DNA of 64,000 bases, from positions 6,324,001 to 6,388,000 of the forward strand of contig OZ004608.1 of assembly GCA_963924565.1 (NCBI GenBank), in the 5' to 3' direction. Below the pieces are notes generated by a model. It did no database searches, was not told where the DNA came from, and was given only the letters and a program-made list of their open reading frames with translations. The DNA comes from Ascidiella aspersa. Lineage: Eukaryota. Below, one piece after another: positions 25,000 through 37,328 of the stretch (positions within the stretch are counted from its first letter, which is position 1; each line of letters begins with the position of its first letter). A program made the translations under genes and the position numbers.

Positions 25000-26981
25000 C
25001 TGCAAAAGACGAAATTGCTTAGTGGTTTGCATGTGTAGCATATTCAGGACTTAAGATGTTCGAGAAACTTCCATAATAGACTATTCGTTAACGACAGGCT
25101 GGGTTAAAGTTTTATATTCATGCTGGGTTAAAGTTTTATATTGCGGCACTTTTGAGGTAAAGCATAACCATTATAAATATAAAAGCTTTTAAAATAAATG
25201 TTTGCATCATAGGCGTGCTGATAAACACATTAAAAGGTTACTGTGCAACATTAGTGACAAACATTAGCCCTTAATGATTAGGCCTATTGCTTCAATTGCA
25301 AGTGTTGGCAAACGGGACAACTTAAGTTAGCGGTACAGACAAAACAACCCTAATAGTCCACGACAACCTAAAAGTAAAATTATTTTGGTATTTGTATTAA
25401 GTCCAAGATAAAACGAGAAAAACAGACAAAACCAATAGAATGGCAATTTACATTACAAACTTTGTAATTTATAGGTGGTGGTGTCTAAATGTAAACACTA
25501 AAATATCTGGTGGCGGTCGTTTCAGGCCGTCTTTTAAGCCAATTTCTATATTATAGATAGCCAGTTAAACATGTAAGCTTGCTTTTAATGTAGACGAATA
25601 CAGTACAGGTATATAAGAGGCATAATATGTATAGGCGTAGGCAAGAGGTTCACAAACTGTGCGTAGTTTCCTGTGTTGTAATGACTTGTGCACGACGTCG
25701 CGGTATTTAAATGACTTAACTTGACCTAAAGTATTTTGGACAAATGACTTGACTTGACTTAAGTCGTTGTGTCAAATAACTTAAATTACGTGTTTTCATC
25801 AAATTTTTATTAATAAATTTTGGATATTAATCTCCAGTTTAAGACATAAAACAACTTGCTTGCTGTATGTTACGTTTTTGTTATTTTTTTGTTGATTTAA
25901 GGCTCATAATCGGACGAGGTTACTAATTTTAATAATTTTACGCTTTATTTTTCTTGAAGTTGACTTGCTTTAATAATGAGTTGAGTTGGGCAACTGATGA
26001 CTTGGTCTGGGACTTGACTCGGTATTGTTTAAAATGAGACTTAAGTCATTTTAAATTGAATTGTTTATCACACTGCTGGTCGTTTTTATTTTTCAAGGGC
26101 GTTGCAGAGAGTGATTATGTTTTGCGGACTTCCCAAATTAAAAGCTCCTCAGCCCCCCCCCCTGGCTACGCCTATGGGACCCCTAGGCCAAATGTGACCT
26201 ACAAAACGATAATATATTACCCGCGGCAATTTTAGTCCGGCAAGAATAATATTCTGAAAGTAAAACGAATGTAAATCGCACAGCCAATTTGTCAACCCCA
26301 CATTTTTCAAGGGGCTGCAAGACTGTCATTCGTATGGTGTCAGTTTGCTGTTATATCCGTATTTGATATTTACCGTGACTTGTGGGTTGGGTTTTTCAAA
26401 ATCGGCAACGTATTTAACTTATCCCCATCGATTATTTTGTTTAATTTTACCCCTTAAAAGTTAATAATATATGGGTTGGGTGGCTTTGAGATATTACTTA
26501 GAAAAAGGCCGATTTTAGCGGTGTCGGTTTAAGTTAATACTTTTTAAGTTAGCATTTGTATTTAACGCCAAAATGTCATTATTCCAGCAACAAGGAACGT
26601 AGCGTTGTTTTTTATAATGTGCGCAAAAACTTGCACGCGAAAACGTAATAGAAAAATATAATAAACATTAACCAACACGCACAAAAATTATATACTATTC
26701 ACATTGTCATATAGACTTTAGTTACAAGTCTAAAAATCTGTGTTAACTATTTTGCACAGCTTTCATGAGTGGTCTTCAACTCCAATTAAAATAAAAGGTA
26801 AAACGTGCGTTTTAATGATTGCTTTGGTTTGCTAATCTTTCATTAGCTTGACATTGATAAACAAGCGAACCAGACAACAGGCTTAAATGTGTTAAGGAAA
26901 ATCCGGGTTGTTTTAGTGAGCCATTGAAACGGGTATTAAAGTATAATGTGGAGGGAACAGAAAGCATAAGGGTTAACTTTA

Positions 26982-29900
26982 CTATGCAGAGAACTCCACG
27001 TATCCCTGGTCTCTTTCCTCACTTCCACGGGACGGAAATATAGGGTTGGGTTCCACGTAACCATTTTCTTCGTCTTCGTCAACAATTTCTAATGGAACTG
27101 AACAAAATGTTGTAAACCTAAAGAGGCGATGTGTTAATAACCTATAAACTCTTTTTTGTAAATGGCCGATTTTTATTACCCTAGAACAGTGGTTCTCAAC
27201 CTTTTTTCTTTTGTGAGCCGTTTTCGTTGCACAAAAATACTTTGGCCCAATAAATGTTTATAAAAGAACAAACTATGAAAAAGGTTTAGAACAAAAAACA
27301 GCGGAGCATCTATCAAAACAGATTATTTATTTAACCGTGCATTAGTGAGATTGCTTCTGAACAATAAGTTTACATTGGTTCTCGATTCCTCCCCAAGCCA
27401 TTATTCCTGTAAAATTAAGTATAGTGACACAAATAAAAATAATTCTTCAATAAATATACAGTTTTTAAATTCGTCTGTGGCCCACCTAAAAAGTTTCCAT
27501 GGCCCACTGGTTGAGAACCGCTGCCCTAGTGGTATATTTGCAAATATCTGCTAAAGCTGTATTTCATAGTTTGACATTATAAAGAGTTTTTAAAGTTTCA
27601 CGAGCTTTTAGGTATTCCGTTTTATTATGATTTGTTTTAAAGTATCGTACCATGCTTAGTTGCTAGTCTTACTCAACAAAACTAGGGATGGGAATAAAAA
27701 ATATTGGTTTGTACTATGAGTGTTACGAACGAAACCAGCATAAAAAAACGGGAAATTGTAAGGAACACGATTATTTTGAAGTACCGGTACAAAAACCTTT
27801 TGAAAGAATGGAAAAGCAAACTATATACGACTGACTGTAACAAAAATATGTGATCTACTTGGAAAATAGTTTTGTTTATAACAATTTTAATTGGACGTGT
27901 TGCATGTTTCAACTAACATTTTCAAATGCTGGAAGAGCATCTTATTTTTTGGGCGACAACCTATTTGAGGTTCGAATTTACTTTACTTTGAGGAGCAGAT
28001 GTAATTTTCTATTGCGTCTTACCGTTGTAGATATGCTTCTGTTGAGATGGACAAGCAATGGGAATTTCGTAGGCACCTTCCGCGACAACCCCAGGTATAT
28101 TATTGGTTGATCTAAAAATTAGATTTTATTACATGTTAACTGTTAAAGTGAGCAATTAAATACTATTTTAATCGCATTATTAAATACAGTAAGGCAGCGA
28201 TTTTTTTGACATGTTACTCTCGTTTTCTCTGTGGTCGTAATTGGAATTAAACAGTTTCGAAAAAAGCTGATATCATTTCGAACTTTCATGCGACAGATTT
28301 TTTTAAATTGTTTTAATGGTGCTTAATGAATGGGTTTGTTTTTATACGAGGGATGCAGGATGGGTTAAAATTAGTTCCAGACGGACTTCGGCAAAATTTG
28401 CAAACTCCGTCGAAGTCCGAGTTCGGCTCTCACTCTATACAGTCTGTGTTGCACTGATTTATACAACAACAAAAAATAAGGTTGATATACAGCAATCTAA
28501 CTGTAGGGTGTCATAGGCTATATCTCAAGCACCCACAATACGTTGGTGGAAATAGTCCACTATATGCTATTGCAACTTTACAATTCACAGTTGGCAGCCT
28601 TATCGTTCTCGAACTTGTTACTGCGCATGCGCACGTCCAAATCGTGTCTCTCGTGTAATCTTACGAAGTCTTACTCGAGTTTGATTTTCTCCATATATAC
28701 CGACTCAAGTACCGAGTCGGACTGAGAATCCACAAAAGCTAACAAAGGAGTTTAAAAACGCTTATAAGGGGAATATATAAAATGTTTAAACTGATAAGGT
28801 ATGGAAAGTTTAAACTGGTTAGGCATAGTTATCTTAACTGAAATATTTTAAAATAAATTTGCAAATTTTACTTATAGCCATCCAGTGTTTTTTTAAGGTG
28901 TTTTGGGGGCCGAAACGATCCCCCAAATTTCTCCAGCGGTTTCCCAAAATTTGGACTTGCAACTCTGCCAGTAGCCTAATAAATAATTCGTTTAAGCAAA
29001 TATGGCTATTTTTTGGTATTTAATTGAAACACTTGCGGTCTCTTGAAACTACTTAGCGGTCACCCAAACCAAACCTTAAAAAAAACCTGGCCATATCAAA
29101 CCAATCAAAATTTCTTACGCATTTCGAACTTGTTTAAGCCGAATAGAATATCTTTTCAGGCAGCATATCAACAACACAATAATGCAGACGGATGCCAACA
29201 GCAGCGATGCAAGGACAGCTATCACTGGCACTTGGAATTGAAGCGTTTCATTCTGAGTGGCCGTGGTTTGAGCTGCAAAAGACGAAATTGCTTAGTGGTT
29301 TGCATGTGTAGCATATTCAGGACTTAAGATGTTCGAGAAACTTCCATAATAGACTATTCGTTAACGACAGGCTGGGTTAAAGTTTTATATTCATGCTGGG
29401 TTAAAGTTTTATATTGCGGCACTTTTGAGGTAAAGCATAACCATTATAAATATAAAAGCTTTTAAAATAAATGTTTGCATCATAGGCGTGCTGATAAACA
29501 CATTAAAAGGTTACTGTGCAACATTAGTGACAAACATTAGCCCTTAATGATTAGGCCTATTGCTTCAATTGCAAGTGTTGGCAAACGGGACAACTTAAGT
29601 TAGCGGTACAGACAAAACAACCCTAATAGTCCACGACAACCTAAAAGTAAAATTATTTTGGTATTTGTATTAAGTCCAAGATAAAACGAGAAAAACAGAC
29701 AAAACCAATAGAATGGCAATTTACATTACAAACTTTGTAATTTATAGGTGGTGGTGTCTAAATGTAAACACTAAAATATCTGGTGGCGGTCGTTTCAGGC
29801 CGTCTTTTAAGCCAATTTCTATATTATAGATAGCCAGTTAAACATGTAAGCTTGCTTTTAATGTAGACGAATACAGTACAGGTATATAAGAGGCATAATA

Positions 29901-31654
29901 TGTATAGGCGTAGGCAAGAGGTTCACAAACTGTGCGTAGTTTCCTGTGTTGTAATGACTTGTGCACGACGTCGCGGTATTTAAATGACTTAACTTGACCT
30001 AAAGTATTTTGGACAAATGACTTGACTTGACTTAAGTCGTTGTGTCAAATAACTTAAATTACGTGTTTTCATCAAATTTTTATTAATAAATTTTGGATAT
30101 TAATCTCCAGTTTAAGACATAAAACAACTTGCTTGCTGTATGTTACGTTTTTGTTATTTTTTTGTTGATTTAAGGCTCATAATCGGACGAGGTTACTAAT
30201 TTTAATAATTTTACGCTTTATTTTTCTTGAAGTTGACTTGCTTTAATAATGAGTTGAGTTGGGCAACTGATGACTTGGTCTGGGACTTGACTCGGTATTG
30301 TTTAAAATGAGACTTAAGTCATTTTAAATTGAATTGTTTATCACACTGCTGGTCGTTTTTATTTTTCAAGGGCGTTGCAGAGAGTGATTATGTTTTGCGG
30401 ACTTCCCAAATTAAAAGCTCCTCAGCCCCCCCCCCTGGCTACGCCTATGGGACCCCTAGGCCAAATGTGACCTACAAAACGATAATATATTACCCGCGGC
30501 AATTTTAGTCCGGCAAGAATAATATTCTGAAAGTAAAACGAATGTAAATCGCACAGCCAATTTGTCAACCCCACATTTATTAACCAAGAACAACACTACC
30601 GGTACTAATTATTAGCCTTTCCCATCGTCAACTTACCTGCATTGAGATCATTTAGATACAATCGAATGTTTTAAAATTATATCGGCACGATATGTGGCAA
30701 TATTTCAATAGTAAACAAAACTTGCTTCGGTCTGCCTATTTTTTATTCAGAAGTACTTTCTGTATGTACAGAACAGTGTTTCTCAACTTGCGACATCAGT
30801 ACCACTACTGACACATTAAGGCAGTTTAGGCGGTACGGGATCAGCTTTTATATAGGTGTAACGCTTTATATGTGACGTAATTTATTACTGATTCACAAAG
30901 TAATCTTTACTCTTTGCCCCATTTAATGCACATATAACCTTCAATGTGCGGCTACCGCTGGAGCTACTGGTTTTGGACATATAATTTGGGCCAAATAGTT
31001 ATATCGCCTGTAAAATACAAGTTTGAGGAACTGGTATGGAGCGTTAATTTATTCTATATACTACCCTAAGTTATAATTTCGAAATTGCCTTTAGTTTTGT
31101 TCTATAAAGCGAAAGTGTCATGCAAAAATTAAATAAACTATCGGCTTAACTTACCCACGCTTCTTTGGCAAACGTATTCAAGACGTAGTGAGCAAACGAA
31201 AGCGTACCACGCCCCCATTTGATCCAATCCAAAAATAACACAATCCTCAATTCCGAAAACGATATTAGGTTCTCCTATTCCCCAGTTCGACCATGTCAGT
31301 TTTGATCCGTCCAACCAGTGGAACTCATCGGTTGTTGCGTCTCGCTTTAGGCCGATGTAAAACTTTTTACGTGTACCTGGATGTGTTTATAAATACATTT
31401 AAAAATAGACAAGCAAGTTATATCATGTCAAATCTCAAACCTGTAAGATTCGCCACGAAATTGTTTATTTTTTGGGATTTGAGTTCCACCAACGTTGATT
31501 GCATTTTCTTGCATGCTTCTAGTGAGTCATTGTAGGTTTTTGGATTATTTGTCACAGCGCGATATTCCAAGTTGTCCAACCTATGCCAACTGACAGCGCA
31601 GGTCTCACACAAAAGAAAACTTACAAATATTGTTAAAACGCTATATTTCACCAT
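26982..31654 (-). CDS. C-type lectin receptor 3: signal peptide, CTLD (EPN / WYA), no mucin stalk, TM, YxxP tail
   Basis: Exons 31654-31441, 31376-31155, 29272-29119, 28111-28023, 27097-26982 splice in frame. Tail ...EGAYEIPIACPSQQKHIYNVPLEIVDEDEENGYVEPNPIFPSRGSEERDQGYVEFSA*. Confidence 0.85.
27187..27523. mobile_element. hAT-type MITE (duplicate of 22914-23250)
   Basis: Same TIRs and flanks, inside the tandem duplication. Confidence 0.8.
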
Positions 31655-34355
31655 AATAGTCGTCAACAAATTCTGAAAAGAAAACAATAACAACTAAAAT
31701 TGTGATCTTAGTAAAAACAACACAAATCAAAAGTGAAAATACATAGACCCTGCCTAAATATCAATAGTATTTGAACAAAGGTTTTTAAATCTGATTCTCC
31801 GACCCAACCATACCAAGAAAACACCATGAATTTCCACGAGTCTGACGTTTATGCACAACTGATTTTGTTGCAAAAGTTCTGTTGCACTGTTACTATCGAA
31901 GGTAAAGTGACTCATTAAACCTGCTAACAATGAGTATTGATACTGGGCCGATTTCCACCTATAGCCAAGCAATGCCAGAAATAAGGCATGGAAAAATGTG
32001 CGCTGATCGAGAGACAATTGAGGTTATCCATGGGACAAAAATGATTAACGAGTTTCTCCAAAGAGTAATGAACTAAAGTGCCTACTTCGTTCTGAACTTT
32101 TAAGGTTTTGTTTAATCATATGTAGAGCCACGACCCTAAACTTGCTTTAACTTTTGTCTTGCACTAAATTATAATGTCCCGACTTCAAAGAGATCAATAT
32201 AAGTATTATAACCTTCTTTAAAAAACTGAAACGTTTCCAAATCAATGTGCTATCATTCTGTCACCGGGTAAACAAAGCATTCAGGTGTTATTTAAACCCC
32301 GGCTTTGCGAAGGGACACCAGGAATTTAACGATACATTATTTCTAATTTTACAGGCGTATCATTTAATAAAGGACGCTTCTCTACGTTAAATGTGCAGGA
32401 TGCGGAAAGCAGTTTAGCTTTTATTTTTAATTTATCCGGTTGTTTTGCTCTATTTGATAGCAAAGCGTAAAACGCCTGGAGTGAGAAAGATAAAAGGAGT
32501 TTTGGTTTGTCTTTCTAATGGTTTCCCACTCCACTAAAATATATAGTGTTGCCTTTTGTTTATTAATACACCATGCAAATTAAAACGCAAGGCATTCTTT
32601 AGATGAATTGCTTAAGCCAAGTATGCGACAGCAAATTGTAGTTGTAAAACAAAGCATAGTCTACACTCCATCACGTGCTATTACCTTTTTTGTTTTACAC
32701 GTTCTACAATTTTTCAATTTTTTTCTTTGCTATGCTGTTGTTAAATTGTTCACAGAAAGCGATAAAATTTATTACTGGCCACTCACACGAATATGTTAGT
32801 ATTATGCTGGTCTGTTGAAAAGCACCGCAGTATAATATGCAGAAGTGTAATTTGACCTGCGCTCGTGATAGGTATGAATATAGCAATGGTGAGTATCACG
32901 GCTTAACATTTCACAATATTTATGCAATACTAAACCAAGTGTTATTTTTCCATTGTTTGACATTTTTCCTAAAGTAATCTTTGAGTATAATTCTTTTAAC
33001 TCACTTAACGGAACAAATTGGATCTAAACCGGTTTATTTTTATTTTTCGCCGACCAACCAACCGACCAATGTTACTGAACTCCGTCGAGCTCTAACTCTT
33101 TACGTCGTGCCAATGTAGCCATACATCTTTGGTGTTCGCCAAAAAAAAGAAAATTAAATCAAACAATATGCAAATTTTGAAATGTGCTCAATGCTTAAAT
33201 TAAGTCTGATTCTAATTTGAAGTGATCTTAATTTAAACCCAATATGCATAAACGTTTTTGTAGCTATCCAGCCGAATTCCTTTAAGCTCGATTTCAGCAG
33301 CACATTTGCATAGCATGAATGGAAGTGAAGTAAAATAGATCTGTTTGTAACTTTTAGCGTGTGGATCCAGTTGAAAGCTTGTACACCTGGTTCAGCGGAA
33401 TCTATTTAGTTCAGCGAAGTCGTTTGGTAGATAATTTTTTTTGATGAACTTTGGAAACAAATTATGAAACAAACAAAATGAAAATGGTTTATTGTAGTAC
33501 AAATCACAAGATATTTGCTAATAGTCTGTCTAGTCACAATTTATTTTTTACATAAGCAATATATATATATATAGGATTGTGTATTTATGAACGGCTTTAA
33601 AATGATTTTTTTTTTAAATAGCAATTCGCTAAAATTTACTCGTTTGAAGCGTATTGGTTATATTTTTAAATTGAACAGTGAAAATGGTTAAGCTATAGTA
33701 ATATTACAATAAATGTCATCATACTGTAATATTTCAAGAGCTGATAGATTGTTCCATTCGACTATTTAATTAAGGATGCGTTTCGAAGCATAAGAGTCAT
33801 TTCTGTCTTAGGATTTCTATCTATAAACGCATTGTGCTTGGACGGTTTGAAAATAAAACCAAAAGCAAGTCTTTGTTAAAATGATGAAGGAAATTGAACT
33901 GGTATCGTTTGCTTTTGTGTTGTGAACTATGAAGTTAATGAATGTTTTTTCCACTGATTCGTTCGTTGTATGGATGGCGTGTAGGCATTGTGCACTGGTT
34001 ATAGTTTAAATATATTTCCTCCTTTTCAATAGCTGTTAAAATTATCATAAAAGCGATTGATAGTTTTTAAGTGGCGCCTAAGTTGTTGCTGCTGACCCTT
34101 CAAACAATTGACCAAAATCCAGTCTGCAATCGTCATACATTACAGTAATCCGACCCAATATTTGTTGTCCACCTTTAGGTTAAGGGAACTTCGATTCGCA
34201 CTACAGAAATTTGACAAAAAATAAAATAACTTTACCAATAAACTCGACAAATGATCAACCGTGACAATGTCAAAACTTCACATTAATCTAATAGCGCTTA
34301 CCGTAAGAAATGTTTACTATTTGAGAATATCATTCGGAAAATAATACCTCCTTAT

Positions 34356-34553
34356 ATGCTAATTGCCTTCGTAGGCTACTTTGCACACAAGCTTACAGCG
34401 TCCAAAGCAGTTAACACTTGTAGCCTATGCAAAATTTGGTGTTTAGATGAAAACACAATAGAGGCTATTAATGTCTACATCACCCAACTTTCCTTGAGTT
34501 ATTTAACAACCCCGTCGCCATTTCTAAATATCACGTTTAAATTAGCAGTTTGA
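34356..34553 (+). mobile_element. Possible fossil of a P-element/THAP9-like transposase C-terminus (paralogous copy ~16764-16958)
   Basis: AFVGYFAHKL...CSLC...YLTTPS resembles the YIAGY..K..CxxC...L..PS pattern; surrounding frames are broken. Confidence 0.3.
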
Positions 34554-37328
34554 CCAAAAGGGCGGCATCAGTATCTTAATGGAAATAGCAAAGCAGCAAT
34601 ATTCCACTAAATAATGTTTTAAAACAATAGCATGAACAAAATTTATTTACAACGAACGAGACTTTCAAAATTGAAACTAGTCGGTCAATATTATTTTTTG
34701 TTTGCAGGTGAATACGGCTTTGGATCATACAAACTCGCGTGATTAACATGCAATGAAAATTTAAACCGTGTGTGTGTGTGCTGTGTATCAAACAACCTTG
34801 CCCTGTTAAAGAATCCACATCGGATTTGTTATGTACGAAAACCGTCAGGTGGCAGTATAAAGCCTCACTGAACCGTTTTTTTTTCATAGCAGCAGCCACT
34901 GCGGTATGTATGTAAAAAGCCTTCTTCAGGTGTGTTGTAAACTAGTCGTTTTGAAATGACATAAGTCCGAGTCAAGATTTCAATTGCCCAAGTCAAGCTC
35001 CCTCCCCTCCAAGTAATTATGAGAGCAAGCCTTGTCAAGTTTAATTTGTAAAATATGAAAGCCCGTCCGATCCTCAACAGTAACTCAACTAAAAATAACA
35101 AAATTGCAATACGCCGCCAGCAAATTGCTTTAAGTGCAAAAACAAGATAAAAAAAAAGAATTTCTTTGGGAAATTTGTTGTGAACACACTTAATTTAAAC
35201 CCAAGTTATTTGGCACAACGACTTGGTTCAAGACAAGTCATTTATTCTAGATACTTTAATTAAGTCAGATCATTTTGGTCAAAATACTTAAGTCAAGGTG
35301 TTTGAAGTCATGGACCAAAGTACACTTAAGTCAAGTCATTGACTTAACTCACTACAACACTGAATTAGGGTGTTGACAGAGGGCGGTTCACCTGCTCTAA
35401 ATATATATAGGATGAAATGCAAATTCAACAATATATCCAGGAGCCGATATCGCTGCAAACGATGGCGCTCTTATTGTCGTGAGGGATGCGCACAATCGAA
35501 AAAAAATTGTCAAATAAATGTTTGTTCGTTTCTCTTATTACGCTAGAAATGACACTGGACAGCTGGAATTTATTGCAGGTCTCACTTGTTACACAAACAT
35601 CGTACGATTGGCAAGTATAACAAACAACTATCACTGACACGGCATTTGCCTTAACAGGTCTAATTCGGTTAGCTTTATTTATAGACCAATTGCGGCCTTT
35701 CTCAAGTGTTTCGCATTTCGACAATAGAGCATTTAGTGTCATTATAAGAATCTTTGTTTCAATAATAACAAGGCTTGCTTTGTTAAAAGCATATAATAGT
35801 TGTGTTTTAATGACCATTTTTTAAAACGTTCGACGTTTACAAGAAATTGATTAAGTTTTACTCAAAAAAGGTCAAGAATAGTTTGATTATAAATTTGTCG
35901 CCTTGTTGTATACCTGTCAGAAATTGTGCTAAATGTTCTTTCAGGGGTATCCCCATGTTTAACTTTCGCTTTTAGTTTTTGCTTATGTGTTTTACAATAC
36001 TATAAAATATTTTTAATTAAATAAAAGGGTCCAATAAACATCACTGAATTCCTGTGATGACGGATTTTGATAAATTGCAACGCCGAACACTTTGATTCGC
36101 CACAATTAAAGATGGTAAAATTGTATGTCAAGGAAAAAATATTACCACAATGGTATAACGTGCATTCATTTATAGCGTACGGTATTCTGGTTAAGTCGGG
36201 TTGCCTGTATTTACAATTGTAAAAAGCCAGCTTCATAGGAATTTTAAAGTCAGTCAGCTGTTTCTTTCTGCGTTAAGGTGTAAAAATGAAAGTTCATTAG
36301 TATAAAGCAGTGTGTTGACTGCATTTTCAACGGCCCACGCCAGCTATAGCCAAAGGCCAAATGAATAGAGGTAACAGATAAAACTGCTGAAAATAAGCTT
36401 CTATTTTTTATTACAGTATTGTAGGTATGCGTGGGTTCGCAGAAGTATCCGGTCGTTGGTGGGTTACAAACGCTTTCTAAACAATAGAAAAAGTGAAATC
36501 TAGTTTCCATGGCGGCATCGACACACCCCCTTGACACGCCCACGCAAAAGCCAATCAATAGTCTTTAAAAGAAAGGTGGAATAGTTACAGATTGACATCA
36601 ACACCAATGACGACCCTATTGATTAGTCCTGCTTGATTCAACGTGTTGGCGGTTTTCGGTACATTTCAACTAGTAATCGCTACAATTTGATTTGTTTTTT
36701 GGCAAGAATATATGTTAGAGCATCGGTATATAGACTTCATTTTTAATGAATGGTTTATGTCTATTTTTTATGAGTATGTTATTATGCTTAATCCTGGCTG
36801 ATTCGATTGTGCTACCATAAAAAAAGAATATAGCACACAACATCGGAGTAAATATATACCGCAGACTACAAAACAACAATAAACGACGTTGAAACAAGAA
36901 GAGGAATGTAGTTTTTATGAAGAGGATCACACAAATGTACAATGAACCACGAATGAAGAAGAAATGCCAGACTAAAAACGGCGCCGGTATGTGTGGTCAA
37001 TTATTACGGCCGAATGTTAAGGATTACGGAAATTAAAATGCCTGATATTTCGGCGAGATTTATATGCTTTTATATGTTTCGCCTACGTAAAATTCCAAAA
37101 ACACAAACAAAATATATACCGGTCGATGTTGTATTACGAAGTCTTTAGAACCAATGAAAAAACAAAAACTGCGCTTCCGTGGCATCGACACACCCCCTTG
37201 ACACGCCCACGCAAAACTCATTCAAAAGATCTTGAAAGCAAGGTGGGAATATTGGTAACGCACAGCAACTGGATAAACAAACGCTCGGCTACACAAAACA
37301 AGACGTACACCTAAATATTAAATTACAC

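Larger units (their letters stand above)
22029..30578. repeat. Near-perfect tandem duplication, unit ~4273-4274 bp (22029-26305 and 26303-30578)
   Basis: ORF track repeats with offset 4273; I noticed only one substitution and one 1-bp indel; TTT microhomology at the junction. Confidence 0.95.

Noticed and set aside
35425-35817. 130-aa minus-strand ORF
   Set aside because: The paralogous copy near 17.7-18.1 kb is interrupted by a stop; no family motif.
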